DNA of 64,000 nt from Paraglaciecola sp. (GTDB lineage: Bacteria; Pseudomonadota; Gammaproteobacteria; Enterobacterales; Alteromonadaceae), in the NCBI RefSeq assembly GCF_039943935.1, contig NZ_JBDUZQ010000004.1:36657-100656 (forward strand), given 5' to 3'. Positions 1 through 8,752 of the stretch are shown here, in pieces. Numbering within the stretch: position 1 is the first letter of the stretch; every line of letters starts with the position of its first letter. Under the pieces are notes generated by a model. The model was not told where the DNA came from and ran no database searches. It was given only the letters and a program-made list of their open reading frames with translations. A program made the position numbers and the translations under genes.

Positions 1-1
1 A

Positions 2-1831
2 AACCAAAAGTTAAACATAGCCCTGCTTGATTACTTCTCTCAGGTGGCTACCAAAATCAAAGACCCTGGTTTGTTTCGTATCATGTTACACAGAGGCTCA
101 ACCTGGGACAAAATCGGTTGTTTTGCCGTGAGTAACTTATTACTTGAGATGCAAAAACATAAGAAAACCATGAAGTTTTTCTCTTTTGTACACGAGGCAT
201 TGCAGGGTAAAAAGCCAAGCAAGTTGCTCAAGTGGCAAGTCTCTAAAGATTATCAATTTTGTATTAAGCAATTAGAAAAAATTGCTGACAGTAAAAAGCT
301 AGGGCCAGAGGCTTTTACAGAAACCGTTAGCCACGCCATTGCCGACTTATATACTAACCTAAATAAGCTGATAGCGAGCCGCGTTGCAAAAGAATTACAA
401 GGTAATAAAGGCCTACAAATAGACAGTTTCTCGATGGAAGAGATGACCCAAAAATTTGAGATACCTAGTCAGCTCACCGCATTGTTTTTTGGCGATGGTA
501 AACGCCAAGACAACATGAGTAATGTGCGAGTTGAGAAAATGCTCGATAGCTTGTCATTTCCTATTTTGATCAGCTTGATTTTAGCGGGGGCAACTTTGGC
601 CTCTACTCGGGTGTTGTACCAAAACCGCACTTTGTTAAACCGCTTTGCAGGGCAAATTGGTAAAAATAAACATGCCAATCGAGCCTTGTACCTTACCGAT
701 ACTTTGCTAGATAAAAACGGTGTGTCTAATTCACTATCAGGCAAATTAAAAGAAATACAAAGAGCAGATTTACCTGTAGATTTTTTGATTTGCCACAGCA
801 GTGCCCAAGCTGCAAGCCATTTGCATGTAGTTAAACCTGTCGCTGAATTTGAACTGCAAAAATACGGCGAGCAGACGATCCGCATTCCTGACTTAATGGA
901 AATTGCCAAGATTTTCTACGAAGGTGGTTACGACCGTATTGTGTGCTCAACCGAAGGGCCAATGGCCTTGGTGTCTATGTTTATACAGCAGATGTTTAAT
1001 GTGCCAAGTTACTTCTTTATGCATACCGACTGGATTGATTTTATTAAACATACCACAGACCTAAATCAATATGGTCGTGACCGTATTCGCCGCTTAATGC
1101 GGGCCTTATACAATAGATACGACGGTGTATTTGTATTAAATAGTGAGCACAAAGAATGGTTAATTGGTCACGAAATGCAGTTACCAGAAGACAAGGTATT
1201 ACTAACCGCTCACCATACACAACCAAGAGATTTAGGAGCCTTGAGGATCAGCAAATCTAGCATTATCCCAAATGCAACTGACGATACTCCGGTGCTGTTT
1301 ATTGCGTGTCGCATCAGCAAAGAAAAAGGTATTTTCGACTTACCCGAAATTGTCGCAAAAGCACAGCAAACCATCCCAGATTTAAAAATAGTGATTGCAG
1401 GTTCAGGCCCAGCCTTAGAAGAGTTGCAAGCTGCTATGCCAGAAGCTATTTATCTGGGCTGGCAAAGTAAGAAAGAATTAGCTTCTTTGTATTTGAGCTT
1501 AGACTTGTTCGTATTTCCTTCTCGGTTCGACACCTTTGGAAACGTTATTCTTGAGTCTTTTGTGCATGGCATGCCAACCCTTGCCTACAACTGTAAAGGG
1601 CCAAAAGATATTATCGAGCACCATAAAAGTGGTTTCTTAGTCGACTCAACAGCCGAAATGGCCGAGAGCATCGAGACTTTTTTTGCAGATAAATCTCTGC
1701 AACACAGCATGGCCCAGCAAGCGGTACTTCGAGCCGCCCAATACCAAGCTGAGCCTATCATGCAGCAGTTTTTAAGTGACATGGGGCTAGCGTTACCGCT
1801 TATGTACAATAATCAAAGAACGGTTGCTTAA
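2..1831 (+). CDS. Glycosyltransferase family 4 (GT-B) protein, 5'-truncated by window edge
   Basis: Frame is open from base 2 into the 44..1831 ORF. C-terminal GT4 motifs CRISKEKG, DLFVFPSRFDTFGNVILE, GMPTLAY. Confidence 0.85.
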   Translation, partial: NQKLNIALLDYFSQVATKIKDPGLFRIMLHRGSTWDKIGCFAVSNLLLEMQKHKKTMKFFSFVHEALQGKKPSKLLKWQVSKDYQFCIKQLEKIADSKKLGPEAFTETVSHAIADLYTNLNKLIASRVAKELQGNKGLQIDSFSMEEMTQKFEIPSQLTALFFGDGKRQDNMSNVRVEKMLDSLSFPILISLILAGATLASTRVLYQNRTLLNRFAGQIGKNKHANRALYLTDTLLDKNGVSNSLSGKLKEIQRADLPVDFLICHSSAQAASHLHVVKPVAEFELQKYGEQTIRIPDLMEIAKIFYEGGYDRIVCSTEGPMALVSMFIQQMFNVPSYFFMHTDWIDFIKHTTDLNQYGRDRIRRLMRALYNRYDGVFVLNSEHKEWLIGHEMQLPEDKVLLTAHHTQPRDLGALRISKSSIIPNATDDTPVLFIACRISKEKGIFDLPEIVAKAQQTIPDLKIVIAGSGPALEELQAAMPEAIYLGWQSKKELASLYLSLDLFVFPSRFDTFGNVILESFVHGMPTLAYNCKGPKDIIEHHKSGFLVDSTAEMAESIETFFADKSLQHSMAQQAVLRAAQYQAEPIMQQFLSDMGLALPLMYNNQRTVA

Positions 1832-1833
1832 GC

Positions 1834-2736
1834 ATGAGTTCAAGCATAAACAGTGGGGTTCAAAAAAGTGCGGTTCAAACCCTAACCAAAAAAGAGCAAA
1901 TCAATTTTTTGCTGACTAATCGTATTCCGCGTCGGTGGTTAACCTTTTTTATTGGTTGGTTTAGTCAAATTCAAAGCCCGCTATTGACTAGAGTCTCTAT
2001 TTGGGTGTGGTCATTATTTGCCGAAGATTTACGCTTACAAGATGCTAAAAAACAACACTTTAGCAGCTTAGGTGAGTGCTTTACCCGTGAGTTAAAAGAT
2101 GGGCTGCGACCCATTACCGAAGGCCCAGATATTGTTACTAGCCCCTGTGATGCCATAGTGGGCGCCCATGGTGAAATTAGAGGCTCTAGGGTGTTTCAAG
2201 CAAAAGGGTTTCCCTATGATATTAGTGAGCTTATCCCCGATGTGTACCTACAAGAAAAATACCAAAACGGTAAGTTTGTCACTTTGAGGTTAAAGTCGAG
2301 CATGTATCACAGGTTTCATGCGCCAATAGCTTGCGATGTGAAGAACGTCTCGTACATATCTGGCGATACTTGGAACGTCAACCCAGTGGCCCTAAAGCGG
2401 GTAGAAAAGCTATTTTGCAAAAACGAAAGGGCAGTGATAGAGCTACATACCGACAACACCCTAGGCAGTATTACCTTAGTGCCAGTGGCAGCCATTCTGG
2501 TTGCCAGTATGAAATTCAAATTTTTGTCAGACACCCTAAGTCTTAAATACAAAGGGCCAAATGTGTTGCCATGTGATGCGTCATTTTCTAAGGGCGATGA
2601 GATGGGATATTTTCAACATGGCTCAACCATTATTTTATTCGCAACTGCTAACTATGAATTCTGCAAAGAGATCAAAGAAGGCAGGTATATCAAAATGGGC
2701 CAACCTCTAATGGGCGGCCACACCAACCACTTTTAA
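1834..2736 (+). CDS. psd: Phosphatidylserine decarboxylase proenzyme
   Basis: FTRELKDGLRP, SPCDA, YHRFHAP and the self-cleavage motif FQHGSTIIL (xGST). Starts 2 bp after the GT stop. Confidence 0.9.
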   Translation: MSSSINSGVQKSAVQTLTKKEQINFLLTNRIPRRWLTFFIGWFSQIQSPLLTRVSIWVWSLFAEDLRLQDAKKQHFSSLGECFTRELKDGLRPITEGPDIVTSPCDAIVGAHGEIRGSRVFQAKGFPYDISELIPDVYLQEKYQNGKFVTLRLKSSMYHRFHAPIACDVKNVSYISGDTWNVNPVALKRVEKLFCKNERAVIELHTDNTLGSITLVPVAAILVASMKFKFLSDTLSLKYKGPNVLPCDASFSKGDEMGYFQHGSTIILFATANYEFCKEIKEGRYIKMGQPLMGGHTNHF

Positions 2737-2757
2737 TAATAAATCAAAGGTAATTAC

Positions 2758-3387
2758 ATGACTTTCTTACAAGAATTACAACAACAGCGCTGGGATGACC
2801 ACCGCTATTATCACCACAACAGAATCAACCAATTCTTACATTTGTTAAGTGCCATGTGTTTTTTGGCAAGCTATGTATTGGTGTTTTTCTATCCTGCTAT
2901 TGCCGCATTAGTGGGGTGGTTACTAGCCATGACGTTACGCCAAACAGGGCACTTTTTCTTTGAGCCACTTGATTACGATAGGGTCAATCAAGCCACTCAC
3001 GAATACAAAGAAAGCGTAAAAGTGGGTTACAACTTACAGCGTAAGGTGGTGTTGCTATCGATTTGGGCGCTAGTGCCAATTGTGCTATTTTTTAACCCCA
3101 CCTTTTTTGGCATATTCACACCGGCCGCTAACTTTTTTAGCTTTGTAGATAACATGGCCATTATCTGGTTAGTCGTAGGTTTGGGCGCTATCGCATTTAG
3201 AACCATACATTTATTTAAATTAATGGGCGTGCAGTCTGGTTTGGTATGGGCGAGCAAAATCATCACCGACCCCTTTCACGACATTAAGATTTATCACAAA
3301 TCGCCATACTTCATCTTAAAAGGTGAAATGTACGACAACATGGAAGACTGGTACGAAGAAGCCTCTTTTGAGAACAAAGTCTTGTAA
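2758..3387 (+). CDS. Mpo1/DUF962-like integral membrane protein
   Basis: His-rich HRYYHHNRINQFLH and RQTGHFFFEP motifs; several hydrophobic helices. Confidence 0.6.
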   Translation: MTFLQELQQQRWDDHRYYHHNRINQFLHLLSAMCFLASYVLVFFYPAIAALVGWLLAMTLRQTGHFFFEPLDYDRVNQATHEYKESVKVGYNLQRKVVLLSIWALVPIVLFFNPTFFGIFTPAANFFSFVDNMAIIWLVVGLGAIAFRTIHLFKLMGVQSGLVWASKIITDPFHDIKIYHKSPYFILKGEMYDNMEDWYEEASFENKVL

Positions 3388-3397
3388 TCGAACATTT

Positions 3398-3421
3398 AAA
3401 CCTAGCTTTATAGCTAGGTTT
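3398..3421 (+). terminator. Rho-independent terminator
   Basis: aaacctagct-ttat-agctaggttt hairpin 10 bp after the stop codon. Confidence 0.75.
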
Positions 3422-3569
3422 TATGAATAAGAGATAAGAAAAACAAGATAAAATAAAAGCACAAGCAGTTAGTTGAGCCAGTGTTCTTGATAGGGCGCTG
3501 GCTTTTTTGTTTTTACGTTACGTATCGAATAGTGCATGCGCTGTGCGCACTAAGATTATTCTCTTTGTT

Positions 3570-4100
3570 TACTTATGTGCTTCGCACAGGGCATCGCTGC
3601 GCGACGGGGTATGTACTTCGTACACTGATATTATTCACTTCGTTCATAAAGCATTCGCTTCGCTCACCTGCATCCATGCAGGTTTTAACTCACATCCGTG
3701 AGAGCTAGTGACTCTTTCTACAACAGCCAAGAAAGAGTAACCAGAAAGAGGCCGCGCTCCGATCAAATTCCTAATCCATAAAATGATTGGCTTTGATGTT
3801 GAGACGGCAATAAGCCGCTCCGAGCTATAAAAGATTGCCTTGTCCGAGCGTCCATGCTCGAACACTCAACAAGCCAGTCATTTTATGGGAAATTTGTAGT
3901 CGCGGAAAATCAAGAGCATCGTTTGCACCGATTGAGAATTTTAGGTTGCTAGGCAGTTAGTTATTATGGATGTCCATGTAAGCTCTGTAAGTTCTAGTCG
4001 CGAGTAAATAAAAAGCATGTGCTTCGCACACAAAGAAAAGGTTATTAAGTAACTGTAGGTTGGGCTTTAGGCCATCAACTTTTCTAGCGGTGATTATCAA
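3570..4100. repeat. Composite multi-hairpin intergenic element (REPIN/MITE-like)
   Basis: tgtgcttcgcaca occurs twice; palindromes cctgcatccatgcagg (3667-3682) and cgagcgtccatgctcg (3845-3860); 17/18 inverted repeat 3776-3793 vs 3871-3888; GTAG-type motif at 4053-4070. Confidence 0.6.
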
Positions 4101-4180
4101 CAGCTAAATAAAAAGCATCGGCTGCGGCATTTTTGAATACTATTTATGCTAATGGTTTAAGCTGTATTTATTGCAACTCC

Positions 4181-4252
4181 CCATAACAGCAAGATCTAGG
4201 AAAAATTCCGTATTTAAACACGGAATTTTTCCGGATATTAATATTGTTATTC
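4181..4252 (+). mobile_element. attC-like site (family shared with 53480-53655)
   Basis: ccataac ... gttattc ends with internal dyad ggaaaaattccgt / acggaatttttcc; directly upstream of higB. Confidence 0.55.
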
Positions 4253-4267
4253 GGCATTAAACATTGC

Positions 4268-4295
4268 TTGACAAGGTACGGCACTGCCGTATTAT
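4268..4295 (+). promoter_or_regulatory. Sigma70 promoter of higBA with overlapping palindromic operator
   Basis: TTGACA at 4268-4273, TATTAT at 4290-4295, dyad tacggca-c-tgccgta (4277-4291) in the spacer. Confidence 0.75.
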
Positions 4296-4301
4296 TAGGC
4301 C

Positions 4302-4613
4302 ATGGTCTTTATAGAAACAAGCTTCTTCACAAAACTGCTACCAGATTATTTATCAGATGATGAATATCGTGGATTGCAATCTTACCTTCTTCAAAAACCA
4401 GACGCCGGCGATATTGTAAAAGGCTCTGGTGGTGTCAGAAAGGTAAGGTGGGCTTCTTCGGGAAAAGGCAAAAGTGGTGGTGTGCGCGCTATTTATTATT
4501 GGAAGAAGGCTGAACATGAGATATGGATGCTCACTATGTACAGTAAATCGGAGCGAGCTACTATCGCAGGTCATGTGTTGAAACAAATAGCTGAGGCAAT
4601 CGAGAATGAGTAA
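4302..4613 (+). CDS. higB: Type II TA toxin, RelE/HigB-2 family
   Basis: FIET, GSGGVRKVRW, GKGKSGGVRAIYY motifs; toxin-first order, overlaps the antitoxin start. Confidence 0.9.
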   Translation: MVFIETSFFTKLLPDYLSDDEYRGLQSYLLQKPDAGDIVKGSGGVRKVRWASSGKGKSGGVRAIYYWKKAEHEIWMLTMYSKSERATIAGHVLKQIAEAIENE

Positions 4614-4893
4614 TAGAGATATAGGTGCCGAAATTCTTGCAGGTATAAATGAGATTAAGGAATATAAAAAGGGAAAGGTTTCTCTACGAAATAACGAATT
4701 AAGTGAGCCATCAGCGCCACAAGTTATTCGCTCTAAATTGAAAATGTCTCAGGTTATGTTTGCAGGTTTACTCGGTGTAAGCACAAGAACCTTACAGGAT
4801 TGGGAACAGGGACGAAGAAATCCTCAAGGGCCAGCAGTTGCATTACTAAGGATAGCCGAGCAACATCCTGAAGTTTTTAACGAGCTGATATAA
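4606..4893 (+). CDS. higA: Type II TA antitoxin, HigA-2 family (XRE HTH)
   Basis: MSQVMFAGLLGVSTRTLQDWEQGRRNPQGPA helix-turn-helix; 8-bp overlap with the toxin. Confidence 0.9.
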   Translation: MSNRDIGAEILAGINEIKEYKKGKVSLRNNELSEPSAPQVIRSKLKMSQVMFAGLLGVSTRTLQDWEQGRRNPQGPAVALLRIAEQHPEVFNELI

Positions 4894-4903
4894 GCGTAGT
4901 GGC

Positions 4904-4969
4904 GAATAACAAATCAATGAAGACGGACGTTCGCAAAGAGCGCGATCGTCGCTTGTTGAGGTGTTAACA
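4904..4969 (+). mobile_element. attC site
   Basis: gaataac 10 bp after the higA stop ... gttaaca. Left arm taacaaatcaatgaagacggac pairs with the reverse complement of the right arm (taacacctcaacaagcgac), leaving extra-helical bases. Confidence 0.75.
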
Positions 4970-4975
4970 CTTGGT

Positions 4976-5605
4976 ATGAAAATGGAATTCGAACTAGTAA
5001 AACTATCAAACTAGCGGAATGAGTCATTGTTTGAGGATATAGAAGAATTCAAATTTCGAGCCTCAGACTTGTGTAACTTTGCGAGAAATACGAAATGGGG
5101 CGTATTCGAATATTCAGTCGACCGTTCAGACCCAGATCGACCTATTATTTCAGGTACGTTACCTGATGAATCATTGTTAACGACTTTCTATTCAAAGTAT
5201 AGACATGTCTATTTGACAAAAGAAACTGCGTACTTCTTCAAAATTGCAAAATCGTTGTCAATAGCTAGTAATTCAGATTTATTTACTTTGTATCATCGCT
5301 ATCATCTTAAAAAAGCATTTTATAAAGAATTTCTGCTGAAATTTGCATTTATCCAAAGTCGTACATCTTTTCCACCTGAGCAAGTTATCGACATTTGGTT
5401 CAACGCTTATTTTTTTCATGGTCAAGTAAAAGAGAGAGAAAAACTAAGATCACTTGAACATTTGGTCTCAGAGCAAGGAGCCAAAGTTGCCCTATGGCAA
5501 ACTATTTGGCAATCTCATTTGGTTGTTGGGGAATTGATGCAAAATCTTGAAAATACGACAAAGGACAACCCATATATGAAAGTACCTAAGTTATGCAGAA
5601 TCTAG
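4976..5605 (+). pseudogene. Cassette-like hypothetical gene, probably interrupted by an early nonsense codon
   Basis: ATG at 4976, just after the attC, is in frame with ORF 5027..5605 but has TAG at 5012-5014 (MKMEFELVKLSN*RNESLFED). Confidence 0.5.
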
Positions 5606-5615
5606 GTGCATTTAG

Positions 5616-5673
5616 TACTAACAAACCAACCATGATAAAGGTGATGCCGCTCAACGACTCAAGCAGGTTACCT
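5616..5673 (+). mobile_element. Degenerate attC relic
   Basis: tactaacaaaccaac 10 bp after the stop resembles the left arm at 4904; the right arm (gttacct) pairs poorly. Confidence 0.35.
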
Positions 5674-5765
5674 AGATGAATAAAACAAGCATAAAAATTG
5701 CATTATTTATTGTATCAGAAACGATTTAGCATTTTAATTAATCATCATCTTGTAATAAATTCGGA

Positions 5766-7091
5766 TTGTCTATGAACAAGTATAGTGACACTACCAAGCA
5801 GTTTTTACTTGCCACTAAACGATCAGAAATAGAAGCACTGCACCAACTTGCATCAAATTGCCAAGTTATAACGTTCGTTTGTGAGCTGATTCACCAATTG
5901 CAGCGTGAGCGGGGTATTTCTAATATCTTTTTAATCAGTAAGTCAACGCGATTTTGCGAACACAGGCGTAAACAAATAGAAGCAAGCATAAACACAGAAG
6001 AAATGCTTCGAAGTCAACTTAAAGCCAAATACTTACAAACCAGTGATAGTGCCAGTAACATGCGCTTATTCAACTTAATTGCACTAGCCTTACAAGATAT
6101 AGATCATGTGCCAAGCTTAAGACGAAAAATAGAAAACCAACGTTTGACAGCTGCCCAATCAACCCGAGCATATTGTCGAGTCATTTCAGCCTTATTGGCT
6201 GTGGTCTTTGAAGCGTCTGATGTGGCTAGTGATCCTAAAATTACTCAGCAATTAGTCGCTTTATTTAATTTTATACAGGGCAAAGAGTTTGCTGGGCAAG
6301 AACGAGCATGGGGGGTAGTGGGGTTTTCTCAAAGTACATTTGATAAAAGGCTTTGTGAACGAATTAAACAACTAGAGATAAGCCAACAAAATAGTTTTAA
6401 AACTTTCTTTGAGTTCGCACTTGAGAGCGACAGCCAACAGTGGCAAAGCCTAGAAAGCGCTGATTCAGTTGAGCCATTGTCACAGATGCGAACCATGATC
6501 CAGCAATTAGCTAATGGCTCTCCAATAGCGGCTGAAATAAGCGAAGTCTGGTATGAATTAACTACGGCACGCATAGATAAAATGCATACAGTCGAAGAAC
6601 AGTTAAGCGAAGGGCTGCTCAATCAAACTAAAAGCCGAGTGGCCAAGGTAGAAGATGATTTGCTCAACCATAGAAAACGAGTGAATACTGCTGCAAACAA
6701 ACTTTCGGATATGGATTATTGGTTGTCTACCCAAGTAACACCAAATGAAGATGCAAAAAATACCCTTCAACAATCTTATATAAAGACAAACAATCAAACC
6801 GATCAGTTAACGGGTAACCGAGCGTTTTACGACCTGATTAAAGAGCAATCTGATCATATTAAACGGATGGAGCTGGAGCTAGATACAGCAAAGCAAGCAT
6901 TTGTTGATCATAAAAAGATCGATCGAGCTAAATTACTCATCATGCAAGAAATGAATTTTGATGAAGCCGAAGCCCACAGAGTAATACAAAGGCGAGCTAT
7001 GGACGAGCAAACTAGTTTAATGGCTATTTCTGAAACAATTATTAAAACCGCAGCTGCTTTGCATAAAAGTTTGAAGTCTCTTGAAAGTTAG
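5766..7091 (+). CDS. nasR: Nitrate/nitrite-sensing NIT domain plus ANTAR antiterminator (NasR-like)
   Basis: LIHQLQRERG and GKEFAGQERA NIT motifs; C-terminal ANTAR IDRAKLLIM...EAEAHRVIQRRAM. Confidence 0.85.
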   Translation: MSMNKYSDTTKQFLLATKRSEIEALHQLASNCQVITFVCELIHQLQRERGISNIFLISKSTRFCEHRRKQIEASINTEEMLRSQLKAKYLQTSDSASNMRLFNLIALALQDIDHVPSLRRKIENQRLTAAQSTRAYCRVISALLAVVFEASDVASDPKITQQLVALFNFIQGKEFAGQERAWGVVGFSQSTFDKRLCERIKQLEISQQNSFKTFFEFALESDSQQWQSLESADSVEPLSQMRTMIQQLANGSPIAAEISEVWYELTTARIDKMHTVEEQLSEGLLNQTKSRVAKVEDDLLNHRKRVNTAANKLSDMDYWLSTQVTPNEDAKNTLQQSYIKTNNQTDQLTGNRAFYDLIKEQSDHIKRMELELDTAKQAFVDHKKIDRAKLLIMQEMNFDEAEAHRVIQRRAMDEQTSLMAISETIIKTAAALHKSLKSLES

Positions 7092-7099
7092 GTAGACTG

Positions 7100-7191
7100 C
7101 CATAATAAGAATGAAAAAATAGCGGTTGGCTTTTGCTTGTTTCTCGCTATTTTAGCCAATAATTTTATTGCCGCTTAGCAAAACGTTAAAT
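7100..7191 (+). mobile_element. attC site (slightly degenerate)
   Basis: ccataat ... gttaaat (GTTRRRY) with internal dyad aaaatagcg / cgctatttt and a ccgcttagcaaaacgtta right end typical of attC. Confidence 0.65.
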
Positions 7192-7207
7192 TTAAAAGGA
7201 TTTTTGC

Positions 7208-7591
7208 ATGAAGGGTTATTCAAGTAAAAAACTGAGCTTACTTTTTTTGATTATTCCATTGTATGTCATAGGCATAAATTTTGTGCCTCAAGTAACCGTT
7301 TTGAACAGCTCAAACATACGAATTGTAGATGCTAAAATCACAACCCCAAATTCTGATTTGAAATTTTGGTCACTAAATGATGGAGAAGATAAAGAGCTTC
7401 ATTATTCAATCTTCCAAAAAGAGGGGAAGTATCGATATGACTTTAATTTAAATAATAATATTACCTTGAGCGGCGAGTGCGGTTTTGTGAAGAATTTTGA
7501 ATTCGGTAAACGTGTTATATTTTTAGTTAGCGACGACAAAGTAATCTACTCTAGTGGTAAAAGTGTCGTATGCGAGACATTTGAAATATAG
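7208..7591 (+). CDS. Cassette-like hypothetical protein with N-terminal membrane anchor or signal
   Basis: 127-aa AT-rich ORF with RBS aagga, 16 bp after the attC. Confidence 0.6.
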   Translation: MKGYSSKKLSLLFLIIPLYVIGINFVPQVTVLNSSNIRIVDAKITTPNSDLKFWSLNDGEDKELHYSIFQKEGKYRYDFNLNNNITLSGECGFVKNFEFGKRVIFLVSDDKVIYSSGKSVVCETFEI

Positions 7592-7820
7592 CAAGCGAAG
7601 TTTTAGACGTTATTGTTCTTATGGCATTTAAAAGCTTGCTGTTTTTGGTTGGCTTAGTCTTAAAGTCTACTTATCTTAATTTACTGCTTTTGAATGGTAA
7701 GTAGTGGCCAATATAATGTTAAATATCATTATTTTACCAAGTTATTAGTATTTATAGTTTAAATAGAACTCATTCTCGTTTATAAAGTGGGGCAATTTTA
7801 AAATATAGAAAATTGAACTA

Positions 7821-8339
7821 ATGGCATCATCAAAATTACACCTCTCGTTTCGTAAGTATCATCGTTGGCTTGGCTTTTTTTTGGCGGGTATTATGGGCGT
7901 TTACGCTGTTAGCGGCATTCTTCTGATTTTCCGTCCTACTGACATTTTAAAATATGATCAAGTTCAAGTTAAGCAGTTAGAACCAGGCCTTAATAGTAAA
8001 GAGCTGCTTTTAGCACTCCGCACCAAGGGGAGCAAAGTAGTATCTGAGACAGATTCAATCATTACCCTTAACGTGGGGGAATACGAAAAATCCAGTGGCA
8101 CGGCGACAGTGACCCGTAAAGAATATCCTATTGTACTGTCGAAAATGGTAAAGCTACATAAAGCGACTCACAATAGCCCTTTATTTTGGCTTAATATTAG
8201 TTTTGGCTTAGGGTTGTTGTTTTTTGTGATTTCTGCTTTTTTGATGTTTTTACCTAAGTTGCCCATCTATAAAAATGGCTTGAAAATAGCAGGGGTTGGG
8301 GCGCTAGTGACTGTAATAGTCGTGATTTTTGGTTCCTAA
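7821..8339 (+). CDS. PepSY-associated TM-helix protein
   Basis: FRKYHRWLG N-terminal motif and LHK in the second helix. Confidence 0.75.
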   Translation: MASSKLHLSFRKYHRWLGFFLAGIMGVYAVSGILLIFRPTDILKYDQVQVKQLEPGLNSKELLLALRTKGSKVVSETDSIITLNVGEYEKSSGTATVTRKEYPIVLSKMVKLHKATHNSPLFWLNISFGLGLLFFVISAFLMFLPKLPIYKNGLKIAGVGALVTVIVVIFGS

Positions 8340-8416
8340 TTTTGGCGCATAACGATCTGGGTATGGTTGTCACACTCAAAAGGCGGTGATATTGCAATCA
8401 ACATGAGAGGCTAGCT

Positions 8417-8752
8417 TTGAAAATTACTTCACTAAAAAACTTACAAGAGTCTGATGTTTCCCATAACGCTAAGATTAAAAAGAAAGTGTTAGTGGCTAAT
8501 GGTGATATACCTCATATCACCTATTTTTCTAAAGCTGTGTTCCCTCCGGGTGAATTGGCTAATGCCCATAGCCACAGTGATATGACTGAGGTGTTTTTTA
8601 TAGAATCCGGCACGGGGACGATTACCGTTAATGGTGACGATATCCCCTTAGAGGCGGGCATGTGCATTACCATTGAGCCCCTTGATATACATGAATTAAA
8701 CAATACTGGGGCAACAGATTTGGTGGTCTTGTACTTTGGGGTAGAGACCTAA
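8417..8752 (+). CDS. Cupin domain protein
   Basis: HSHSDMTEVF and IEPLDIHELNN cupin metal motifs. Confidence 0.85.
   Translation: MKITSLKNLQESDVSHNAKIKKKVLVANGDIPHITYFSKAVFPPGELANAHSHSDMTEVFFIESGTGTITVNGDDIPLEAGMCITIEPLDIHELNNTGATDLVVLYFGVET

Noticed and set aside
3481-3865. ORFs 3481..3708, 3507..3701 and 3644..3865
   Set aside because: They lie in the palindromic repeat element, have no RBS and encode no recognisable protein; treated as spurious.
7586-7615. Possible attC after the 7208..7591 gene (atatagcaagcg...gacgttat)
   Set aside because: AAC is replaced by AGC, the spacing is too short and there is no internal dyad; not supportable.
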